Source of the DNA: an uncultured virus (IMG/VR IMGVR_UViG_3300044723_011150)
Lineage: Duplodnaviria; Heunggongvirae; Uroviricota; Caudoviricetes
IMG/VR virus record: IMGVR_UViG_3300044723_011150
Length of the DNA stretch: 64,000 nucleotides
Strand: one strand, 5' to 3'
The translations under genes were made by a program, and so were the position numbers. The stretch's first letter is position 1. Every line of letters starts with the position of its first letter. The notes beneath the pieces are model-generated. The model was not told where the DNA came from. It saw only the letters and a list, made by a program, of their open reading frames with translations, and searched no databases. Below are positions 56,296 to 64,000 of the stretch, piece after piece.

Positions 56296-56787
56296 ATGTT
56301 ATTTGTTGAAGTGGCCACTGGAACGCCAAAAACAAAAGTTCAGTTACAACAAGAAAATAAAAATATGTCTTTGCCTCGTTCATGGACTGCTGCTACAATG
56401 GAGGCCCTAGGAGTAACAACAGTTGCGAAAACTGCAAAGCCAACTCCAGGAGAATTTGAAATGGTTGTTGCAGACGGGGTAGAACAGGTAAATGGAGTTT
56501 GGCAAGAAAAATGGATTGTGCAGGATATGTTTACTGAGTATACTGATTCGGAAGGCAATACTGTAACAGTACAAGCTCAAAAAGATGCAAAGACTGCTTC
56601 TGATAACGCTGCTGTAGAGGCTGCAGAACGCGCTACACGAGATGCTCTTCTAAAAGCTACGGATCATTTTGCTCTTTCAGATGTAACAATGTCTGCAGAA
56701 ATGACTACTTATCGCCAAGCACTAAGAGATGTTCCTCAGCAATCTGGATTTCCAAGTACTATAACTTGGCCTACTAAACCTGAGTAA
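56296..56787 (+). CDS. Tail fibre assembly chaperone
   Basis: RATRDALLKATD...YRQALRDVPQQSGFPSTITWPTKP. Confidence 0.85.
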   Translation: MLFVEVATGTPKTKVQLQQENKNMSLPRSWTAATMEALGVTTVAKTAKPTPGEFEMVVADGVEQVNGVWQEKWIVQDMFTEYTDSEGNTVTVQAQKDAKTASDNAAVEAAERATRDALLKATDHFALSDVTMSAEMTTYRQALRDVPQQSGFPSTITWPTKPE

Positions 56788-56792
56788 GAAAG

Positions 56793-56820
56793 AAAAAAGG
56801 GGCTATTCAGCCCCTTCTTC
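56793..56820. terminator. Terminator at the convergence of the late and replication regions, possibly bidirectional
   Basis: AAGGGGCT-ATTC-AGCCCCTT with an A-run on the left (U-tract for minus-strand transcripts). Confidence 0.75.
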
Positions 56821-56970
56821 AATTGGTTCTGGCGTAACCTGTGGTTGCGCCTGTTGTTGAATTTTATTTATCACGGCAATACTTGTTTTAGCAGGTAGCT
56901 CACCGAGAGCCGCCAATAAAACATTTACTTCTTGCAATGATAGATCCAACTTAATGTTTTCATTTGCCAT
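56803..56970 (-). CDS. 55-aa hypothetical protein (MANENIKLDLSLQEVNVLLAALGELPAK...), not in the ORF track
   Basis: Manual translation; AGGA SD immediately after the nrdB stop. Confidence 0.7.
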   Translation of the reverse strand: MANENIKLDLSLQEVNVLLAALGELPAKTSIAVINKIQQQAQPQVTPEPIEEGAE

Positions 56971-56978
56971 AAGAATTC

Positions 56979-57938
56979 CTATTTAAATATGTCTTGCCAG
57001 TTTCCGGTAGTGCTCGCGCGTGCATACTCGGTGGCACGATTTTCAAAAAAGTTAGTGTGCTCTACACCATTTAACATATAGTCAAGCCAGGGTAGAGGAT
57101 TTTTGTCGCTGCTAAAGATTTTCTTCATTCCCAGACCAAGAAGTCGACGATCCGCAATATATCGAATATACTCTTTTACTTCCTCTGCTGTTAGATCCGG
57201 TACTTCTGCACCTTCAAAACAGAGATCAATAAAAGCATCTTCTAGCTCTACTGTTCGCTCCGCCGCGCAGTAAATTTCATACTTTAGATCATCATTCCAT
57301 AACTCTGGATTCTCCTTAATAAAAGTTCGGAACAACTGGCTCATGCCTTCAACATGAAGAGTTTCATCTCGAATACTCCATGTTACAATCTGCCCCATTC
57401 CTTTCATTAAGTTATGTCTTGGAAAGTTTAATAAAATCGCAAAACTACTAAACAGTTGCACTCCTTCTGTAAATCCAGAGTAAATCGCCATAGTTTTTGC
57501 GATATTCATTGGAGTATCCATTCCAAAATTGGACAGATGCTCATGCTTATCCATCATTGCTTTATGTTCAAAAAACTTTTGGTATTCGTCATCCCCAAAA
57601 CCAAGAGTTTCCAACAATAATGAATATGCTTCTTGATGCACTGCTTCCATTGCTGCAAAAGCAGACAACATCATTCTTACTTCAGGTTGCTTAAATGTAG
57701 GAAGATAGTGCTTTGCATATCCACAACAAACATCTACATCAGCCTGTGTAAAAAATCTAAAAATCTGATTAATAAGTCGACGATTCTCAGGTGTTAACTT
57801 ATCTCGGTAATCTCGAAGATCGTCAGCAAGATTAACTTCATCGGGAAGCCAATGCATATGTTGCTGAGTCTTGTAGTGCTCATAAGCCCAAGGATAATTA
57901 AAAGGCTTATAGTATTCTCTTTCTGTCAATAAATTCAT
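56979..57938 (-). CDS. nrdB: Ribonucleotide reductase class Ia beta subunit
   Basis: W.P.E, FFTQAD, EAVHQEAY, EG..LFSSF, RDETLH, NFFE. Confidence 0.97.
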   Translation of the reverse strand: MNLLTEREYYKPFNYPWAYEHYKTQQHMHWLPDEVNLADDLRDYRDKLTPENRRLINQIFRFFTQADVDVCCGYAKHYLPTFKQPEVRMMLSAFAAMEAVHQEAYSLLLETLGFGDDEYQKFFEHKAMMDKHEHLSNFGMDTPMNIAKTMAIYSGFTEGVQLFSSFAILLNFPRHNLMKGMGQIVTWSIRDETLHVEGMSQLFRTFIKENPELWNDDLKYEIYCAAERTVELEDAFIDLCFEGAEVPDLTAEEVKEYIRYIADRRLLGLGMKKIFSSDKNPLPWLDYMLNGVEHTNFFENRATEYARASTTGNWQDIFK

Positions 57939-58174
57939 ACTACTTTTTCTCCATTCTCAAAGTATGCTTTGAGACTGTCATAACCTCCTATATGAACACC
58001 TCCTACAATAATTTGAGGAACTGTTTTACAGTTTGGAAATAATTTACTAAATTTAAACATATCATGGCTTACTTCGATACTCTCTACCTCAAACCCTTTA
58101 TTCTTTGCTAGCTCTTCTGCCAGATGGCAAAAATGACAATCTTCTGTGCCCCATATTATTATCTTATCCTTCAC
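57935..58174 (-). CDS. Glutaredoxin
   Basis: CHFC active site, TVPQI, HIGGYD; probable GTG start at 58174. Confidence 0.9.
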   Translation of the reverse strand: MKDKIIIWGTEDCHFCHLAEELAKNKGFEVESIEVSHDMFKFSKLFPNCKTVPQIIVGGVHIGGYDSLKAYFENGEKVV

Positions 58175-59945
58175 AAGCAAGGCACCCCTCTTCATCCATG
58201 CTTTCAAAAATATACTGTCGAAGAGCTTCGTCAGATACATTTTCAGCACGCTTATATGCTTCACTTCGTAAATAATACAAAGTTTTCACTTTCTTTTTCC
58301 ATGCCATCATGTGAACAGCGTGAAGTTCCTGCTTTGATACGTTTGCAGGAAAAAACACATTTAGAGACTGACTTTGGCAGATATGTTCTTGTCGATCGGC
58401 TGCAAGATCAATAAGCCATCTTTGGTCAATTTCAACTGCGGTTTTGAAGACGTCTTTAGTAACTTCGTCCAAAAAGTCAAGATGCTGAACTGAGCCATTG
58501 TTCGTAATGATGCTTTTCCATACTTCATCGTTATCTTCTCCTATTTCTTGAAGAATATGTTCCAGGTACTCATTCTTTTGTAAGCTTGAGCCTGACTTAG
58601 TCTTCTGAGTAAATGCGTTAGCCCTATAAGGCTCAATACTGGGACTAGTGTTACCACATATAATAGAACTACTAGCATTAGGAGCAACAGCCAACAAATG
58701 AACATTACGAACTCCATAACCTTTTGCATCAGGAGCTTCCCCGCGTTCTTCAGCGAGTTTACGAGTTGCATTGAGTGCCTCCGATTTTATATGGCGAAAC
58801 ATTCTCATGTTTGCGCTCTTTGCCATAACTCCTTCAAAAGGCAAATGATGTCTCTGTAAATATGCATGAAAGCCCATTGCGCCAAGACCAATACTTCTTT
58901 CTTGCATTGCACTATATGCCGCTCTCCAAAGCTCACGGGGAGCATTATCAATGAAGTGTGTAAGTACATTGTCAAGCATTGCAATTAGATCAGGAATAAA
59001 ATTTGGGTCGTGTTGCCACTCATCAAATTCTTCCAAGTTTACACTTGATAGACAACATACTGCTGTACGCTCTTCATCCGTTGCAAGAGTAATCTCACTG
59101 CAAAGATTGGAGTGATGTACTTGCAGTCCTAAATCCTTCTGGCACTCTGGTAAAGCTTTCTGGACGGTATCCTTAAACATAATATAAGGCTCGCCAGTTT
59201 CAACACGATTTTGAATAAGTTTTACCCAAAGTGTTTTTGCAGAAACGGTCTTTGTAACTCTACCAGAATGAGGATCAATCAAATCCCAGGAGTCATCGAA
59301 TCCTTCTTCTCTCGTAGCTCCTTCTATAAGATGCATAAACTCATCTGGAATAATTATTCCATGATGCAGATTTACAGACTTACGATTTACGTCTCCACCA
59401 GTAGGCTTACGAACATCCAAAAACTCTTCTACTTCTGGGTGAGAAATATCAAGATATGCAGCATAGCTGCCTCGACGAGTCACACCTTGAGAGAAAGCAA
59501 GCATTTCTGCATCAACAACTTTCATAAAAGGAATTACACCCGTACTTTCGGAGCCATTGCTCGTTCTTGAGCCTACACTCCGAACTCCGTTCCAGCAACC
59601 GCCAATACCACCACCGACACTACTAAGAAAAGCATTTTCCGTATAGTGGTTTGTAAGACCCTCGCGACTATCCTCGACAAAGTTAAGGAAGCAGCTAATA
59701 GGAAGCCCGCGAGTAGTGCCTCCATTAGAAAGTACAGGAGTACTGAACATAAACCAGAGTTTACTAGCATAGTCATATAATCGTTGTGCATGTTCTTCGT
59801 CATTTGCAAAAGCTTTTGCTGCTCGCGCAAATGCGTCTTGAGGAGAAATTTCCCCATCAATTAAATATCGATCCTGAAGAGTTTTCTTACTAAACTCCGA
59901 TAGATACCTATCTCGTCGATAATCTACTACTACATTAAACGACAC
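58164..59945 (-). CDS. nrdA: Ribonucleotide reductase class Ia alpha subunit, short form with no obvious ATP cone
   Basis: STPVLSN, PISCFL, SNLCSEI, AVCCLSS, APNASSS, KTLYY, C-terminal CLAC. Confidence 0.97.
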   Translation of the reverse strand: MSFNVVVDYRRDRYLSEFSKKTLQDRYLIDGEISPQDAFARAAKAFANDEEHAQRLYDYASKLWFMFSTPVLSNGGTTRGLPISCFLNFVEDSREGLTNHYTENAFLSSVGGGIGGCWNGVRSVGSRTSNGSESTGVIPFMKVVDAEMLAFSQGVTRRGSYAAYLDISHPEVEEFLDVRKPTGGDVNRKSVNLHHGIIIPDEFMHLIEGATREEGFDDSWDLIDPHSGRVTKTVSAKTLWVKLIQNRVETGEPYIMFKDTVQKALPECQKDLGLQVHHSNLCSEITLATDEERTAVCCLSSVNLEEFDEWQHDPNFIPDLIAMLDNVLTHFIDNAPRELWRAAYSAMQERSIGLGAMGFHAYLQRHHLPFEGVMAKSANMRMFRHIKSEALNATRKLAEERGEAPDAKGYGVRNVHLLAVAPNASSSIICGNTSPSIEPYRANAFTQKTKSGSSLQKNEYLEHILQEIGEDNDEVWKSIITNNGSVQHLDFLDEVTKDVFKTAVEIDQRWLIDLAADRQEHICQSQSLNVFFPANVSKQELHAVHMMAWKKKVKTLYYLRSEAYKRAENVSDEALRQYIFESMDEEGCLACEG

Positions 59946-60780
59946 TTAACATTCTCCCTTGAATATCTGATATATTATCAGCCCCGATTGCATCATCGCA
60001 ATATGTAATTAAATCCATAAGCTCATAGTTTTGTAAAATTTGTTCTGCATTTTCATTTAATGCTTGAATAAATTTATATCTACTTTCAATTGGAGTTGCA
60101 TCATAGATATTCATTGCATCTCCGTATTCATCTATAAGCTGTACTGCTCTTTTCGGGCCAATACCAGGAATTCCTGGCACATTGTCTCCTTTGTCGCCCG
60201 TAAGACACTTGAGTGAAATGTATTGATCGGGAGAGCATTCGTAATGGTCACTCCAAGTCTCTAGCGTGACTTCCTTCCTCGTCACATAAGAGAATCGACC
60301 TACATTTTCTTGAATCAGAAGATCCCAGTCACGGTCGCTTGAAATAAGCCATATGTATTCTAAGCCATACCTCTCTCTATCTTTCACTAGATGTGCTGCA
60401 ATATCATCTGCTTCTACACCCTTATATCGAAGAACTGTATATCCAGCTTCTTCTAATACTTCTAATGATGCTTCAAACTCTTCAAAAAACTCTTCAAATG
60501 CGATTCGTTCTTCTTCGGTTTGTTCTGCAAACTTCTCTTTTCGATTCTGCTTATAGTCAGGATTTATTTCTTTTCTATAGGTAGAGGAACCCCAATCTGC
60601 CGCAATAATTAATCTTTTACAATCATATGATTTTGCAAGACTTTCAACTGTGCGTTGGTAGTCATAACGAAAGTCTGTACGGCCTTGATGCTTCCATCGA
60701 AAAGCTAAGTTCAGTGCATCTACAATCAAAGTGGTTTTATCACTCGGATTTACTACTTTATCACTGAAACTGAATGCCAT
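59935..60780 (-). CDS. D15: 5'-3' exonuclease / flap endonuclease, T5 D15-like
   Basis: IVDALNLAFRW, YKQNR, GVEADD, SSDRDWD, GDKGDNVPGIPGIGPKRA. Confidence 0.92.
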   Translation of the reverse strand: MAFSFSDKVVNPSDKTTLIVDALNLAFRWKHQGRTDFRYDYQRTVESLAKSYDCKRLIIAADWGSSTYRKEINPDYKQNRKEKFAEQTEEERIAFEEFFEEFEASLEVLEEAGYTVLRYKGVEADDIAAHLVKDRERYGLEYIWLISSDRDWDLLIQENVGRFSYVTRKEVTLETWSDHYECSPDQYISLKCLTGDKGDNVPGIPGIGPKRAVQLIDEYGDAMNIYDATPIESRYKFIQALNENAEQILQNYELMDLITYCDDAIGADNISDIQGRMLSVV

Positions 60781-61219
60781 TCTTTAAAAACTCCACTGTT
60801 TCCTTTTCGAGCCAATCTTCTGCGAGAAGGACAAAACAGTTAAGAAACTGTATAAACATCCATTCTTCAGTTTGTTTTGGCTGTAAATTTGTAACTACAA
60901 ATACAGGAGAACGATTATACTTAAAGAACAATAATGGTTCTTGATCTCCGCCCTCTGCTTGCACTTGCACTTTTTTCCACCAGCGAATAAGATTATTTGT
61001 TTTTTTCGCTGTAAATATTTTATCGTTTAACGGAGACTCTGAATAGTTTTTTACTTCGATACAAAATCTATTCTTTTCGTTCGGAACGTATAAATCGCCT
61101 TTGAGGTATTCTAGTGCTCCAGAGTTAGGAACTCGTTCAAACTGCAACCCCGTTGCGACCCGCAACATATCTCGTACTAAGTATTCTCCTCTTGCTCCTT
61201 TTGCTCTGCTATCAACCAT
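60761..61219 (-). CDS. D14: T5 D14-like endonuclease / Holliday junction resolvase
   Basis: DSRAKGARGE...ERVPNSGA..LKGD...IEVK (PD-(D/E)xK). Confidence 0.85.
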   Translation of the reverse strand: MVDSRAKGARGEYLVRDMLRVATGLQFERVPNSGALEYLKGDLYVPNEKNRFCIEVKNYSESPLNDKIFTAKKTNNLIRWWKKVQVQAEGGDQEPLLFFKYNRSPVFVVTNLQPKQTEEWMFIQFLNCFVLLAEDWLEKETVEFLKNGIQFQ

Positions 61220-61329
61220 ACCACCTTCTTTTTCTTCTGCTCTGCCAGGTCATCAAGTTCTTGTTTTAGCTCTTGTTCTTTGGCTTTTTTCAACATCCAC
61301 ATTCTACGCTGTGCTGCTAGTCGATTCAT
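61177..61329 (-). CDS. Possible 50-aa charged protein (MNRLAAQRRMWMLKKAKEQE...)
   Basis: ATGA overlap with the D13 stop; fills the D13-D14 gap. Confidence 0.4.
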   Translation of the reverse strand: MNRLAAQRRMWMLKKAKEQELKQELDDLAEQKKKKVVWLIAEQKEQEENT

Positions 61330-63122
61330 TCAAGGGCGCTCACATTTTCTCTCTTTACGACTTCAATTTTCTCAAGAAGAGGGTGAGTCCATCCGTGGCT
61401 TACTACATATGTATTTAGATTTTCTTCGCCGAGTAAAACTTCTACTAGCTTTTCTCGACCTGTTTCATCCAATACATTTATCACTTCATCTAAAAAGAGA
61501 ATATTGATTCGTGACTTTGAAATACTACTCATTAGCTTGCGAATCGCTATAAGAGTAGCAGTATTTACTCTTGCCAATTCACCACTCGATAAAGCAAGAA
61601 TATCAACAATGTTTCCATTATCTGTAATTTGCACATTTAGCTTATCATTGGATACAACAAATTCAAGGGTGAAACGCCCGTCAGAAAGCTCACCCAAATA
61701 TGTATTTACTAATTCTTCTAGTTCTTTTACTAGATTTTCGATCTTGTATGCAATTAAGCCGTTTGTGCTAAATGCTTTTTTAAGAACTTCAAGGTTTGAA
61801 TATACATCTTCAATACCCTGCAAGGACTCTTCTGCATCTTTTAACTGATTTAAAAACTCTTCTGTTTGTTCCTGAATTACTTGGATTCGTGTGTTCTGTC
61901 GAGTTCTTCTCTCATTTTCCGACGCTCTCTCCGCCAGAGACTCTTGCATCGAAACCAAGTCAGCTCGTACTCTTCCCAAGCTGCTTTCAAGCTTTCCTTT
62001 ATCCAAGAGGGCCACTGGGAGATCTCGATCAATGCTTCGGTAAAGATCTTCCCACTCTCGTTGCATTTTATTTTTATGTTCGAAAAGCTCATTATTTCGC
62101 TTAATTTTTTCAATTCTTGTTGTAATTTCACTCATTTTCTCCTGTGCAAAGGAAATCTTTCCGGCTTCTTCTGTAATCAGTGTTTGCTTAAAATCTTCTT
62201 GTACAGTCTGCTCACAAGTTGGGCATTTGTCTTTTAAATCTTCTAGCTTTTTCATCATTCGTCGAGACCCCGTTACGACCCCGTTGAGAGTCCCGAGTTC
62301 TGACTGTAAAGTGTCATAAGATTCTTTTGCAGATACTTCAATATTCTGAATTTCTTGAATATTGATTTGCTTTAATAGGCTTATGCACTGATTATTTTGT
62401 GAGATTTTTTTATTTTTTTCCGAAATATTTTCAATTTCTTTCGTTAGTGAACGGAATTCATTCTCAAGTTCTTCCGTATCATTTTCAATTTCTAGCATTG
62501 GCAGTATGGTAGTATCCTTCAATTTGTTATCGGACAACCATTTTTCTATCGTTGCTATTTTTGATTTAACTCCGGAAATCTCCAGAGATAAATTCTTAGA
62601 TTTTTCTTTGAAAAGCTCAAAAAGCTCAACATACTCTTCAAGGTGCAAAAGATCAATTAAAAACTTTTTACGGTTAGTATCGGTAGCAGTAAGAAACTGC
62701 AAACTAGCATTTGTATTTTGATAAACTAACTGAGAAAATGTTTTAAAATCTGTGCCAATAACTTCTTGAATTGTCTTAAAAGTATTTGTAGCAGTATGAC
62801 TAGATATATCTTCGCCATTCTTTATAAAACTTACTTTTATATTTGCTTTTCTATTTATATCAATTATATACTCATCCTCGTCTTTTGTAAATTCTAGATG
62901 AATATTGTAACCGTCATTTACATAACGATTTGGAATATCTGCTTTTTTAATGCCTTTTGAGTTCTTATTAAATAGTGCTTCTTCAATAATTAACGGTATG
63001 GAGGACTTCCCCATACCGTTCGTACCAATTATCTGCGTTACTGTATTTTCTTCTAAGTCTAGAACATTTCCAGCGCCATAACTAAAGCAATTATCCCATT
63101 GCAGTTTTTTGAGAGTAATCAT
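61326..63122 (-). CDS. D13: SbcC/Rad50-like recombination ATPase, T5 D13-like
   Basis: GTNGMGKSS, CPTC zinc hook, LSSGE signature, LFLDEV, VVSH. Confidence 0.93.
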   Translation of the reverse strand: MITLKKLQWDNCFSYGAGNVLDLEENTVTQIIGTNGMGKSSIPLIIEEALFNKNSKGIKKADIPNRYVNDGYNIHLEFTKDEDEYIIDINRKANIKVSFIKNGEDISSHTATNTFKTIQEVIGTDFKTFSQLVYQNTNASLQFLTATDTNRKKFLIDLLHLEEYVELFELFKEKSKNLSLEISGVKSKIATIEKWLSDNKLKDTTILPMLEIENDTEELENEFRSLTKEIENISEKNKKISQNNQCISLLKQINIQEIQNIEVSAKESYDTLQSELGTLNGVVTGSRRMMKKLEDLKDKCPTCEQTVQEDFKQTLITEEAGKISFAQEKMSEITTRIEKIKRNNELFEHKNKMQREWEDLYRSIDRDLPVALLDKGKLESSLGRVRADLVSMQESLAERASENERRTRQNTRIQVIQEQTEEFLNQLKDAEESLQGIEDVYSNLEVLKKAFSTNGLIAYKIENLVKELEELVNTYLGELSDGRFTLEFVVSNDKLNVQITDNGNIVDILALSSGELARVNTATLIAIRKLMSSISKSRINILFLDEVINVLDETGREKLVEVLLGEENLNTYVVSHGWTHPLLEKIEVVKRENVSALE

Positions 63123-64000
63123 TAAAAGTACCTACTATATTCTTAATTTTTTCATCGTCCAACTCTAAGATATATGCTAGATACTCTACTAGCTCTTCTT
63201 GAATTGTCATTTCTTTATCAATTACTAAAGCCGCTTCACTACTTCTTTTTACTACTTTTTTATCAAGAAGTTCGCTATTTTTAACTGCGGCCAAGTCTTG
63301 AATATCTCCCTCTAACTCGTAGATAGTGTGATGAAACTCTGTAGGTAACATTTCATCGGGAGAAGTTACAGTTTTTCGTATTAGTTGCGGTAAATCAAAA
63401 GGTTCCCACATCCAAGCCCAATCTTGAGGATTAATTAGTATGTACCCGGTCTGTACTTCTGTTCTATGAAAAGAAGTAGTCATAGGACTGCCAGGATATA
63501 CAATATTTCGCTGACTATTACTATGTGCGTGTAAATCTCCTGCAAATACAACTGGAAAATCTTCAAACCTGTCTAAGTCCACCTCTGGCTTGACATGGGG
63601 AGGAATCTCGCCTCGTACATGAGTAAAGAGAGGAAGGTAGGGATTAAACTGCTCTATACTTTCCTTTCTGTGTAAATCCGCATAAGGTAATACGCTAAAT
63701 CCCATATCTTCATCGACATAGGAAATATCCACTATTTGAACTAATGGATTTATGTCTCTACTTACCTGTTTAAGTTGAGTAAAAAATGTTTTATTCTTTT
63801 TTGTTGCTTCGTGATTGCCGTCATAAATGAGCGTGGGAATCTTTACTTCCCGAATAAACGAGAAGTAAAGTTCCAACTCTTCCATGTTCGGCAGACGGTC
63901 AAAAAGGTCGCCACCAATAATGTGCATATTGCACTGCTGTTCAAGAGAATGAATCTGCTCGAAAAATAACTTGTAGCGATTTAATGCCCACTCGCGTGGT
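63091..64000 (-). CDS. D12: SbcD/Mre11-like nuclease, T5 D12-like (5' end beyond the window)
   Basis: GGDLFD, DGNHE, THVRG, AGDLH, YPGSP; frame stays open to the window edge (PREWALNRY...). Confidence 0.92.
   Translation of the reverse strand, partial: PREWALNRYKLFFEQIHSLEQQCNMHIIGGDLFDRLPNMEELELYFSFIREVKIPTLIYDGNHEATKKNKTFFTQLKQVSRDINPLVQIVDISYVDEDMGFSVLPYADLHRKESIEQFNPYLPLFTHVRGEIPPHVKPEVDLDRFEDFPVVFAGDLHAHSNSQRNIVYPGSPMTTSFHRTEVQTGYILINPQDWAWMWEPFDLPQLIRKTVTSPDEMLPTEFHHTIYELEGDIQDLAAVKNSELLDKKVVKRSSEAALVIDKEMTIQEELVEYLAYILELDDEKIKNIVGTFNDYSQKTAMG

Noticed and set aside
10571..56558. Numerous antisense and alternate-frame ORFs of 60-160 aa in the ORF track (for example 31661-32149, 51373-51771, 48666-49037)
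   Set aside because: They shadow well-supported genes, reflect codon bias and have no recognisable motifs
1..64000. tRNA genes, integrase/repressor, alternative genetic code
   Set aside because: Intergenic gaps are short with no cloverleaf seen; no lysogeny genes recognised; core genes are full length in the standard code and all three stop codons are used

Overview
This window is a 64 kb piece of a lytic, T5-like (Demerecviridae-related) siphophage genome, probably from an aquatic gammaproteobacterial host (host is an inference). (1) 1-2580: a visibly more GC-rich, minus-strand pre-early-like block with a T5 A2-like gene, a HAD phosphatase and a compact polyphosphate kinase 2. It ends at a boundary carrying a Fur-box-like palindrome and a 14-bp GC palindrome. 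(2) 2695-8644: a beta-barrel-like membrane protein, a cytosine MTase-like gene and a putative receptor-binding module at the position where T5 has oad/llp. (3) 8712-56787, plus strand: the late region. terS and terL are separated by about 16 kb of LamG/beta-propeller fibre genes and a chain of tiny Lys/Arg-rich ORFs. Then come a nicking HNH, portal, a protease-capsid fusion with an internal start, T5-like neck and tail tube genes, frameshifted chaperones, tape measure, a lambda/T1-type M-L-K-I-J tail tip, and a second multi-gene fibre module. (4) 56803-64000, minus strand: nrdB, glutaredoxin, nrdA and D15/D14/D13/D12-like genes. I saw no tRNA, CRISPR array, integrase or reverse transcriptase. 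All family assignments come from motif recognition and synteny by eye, not from database searches.
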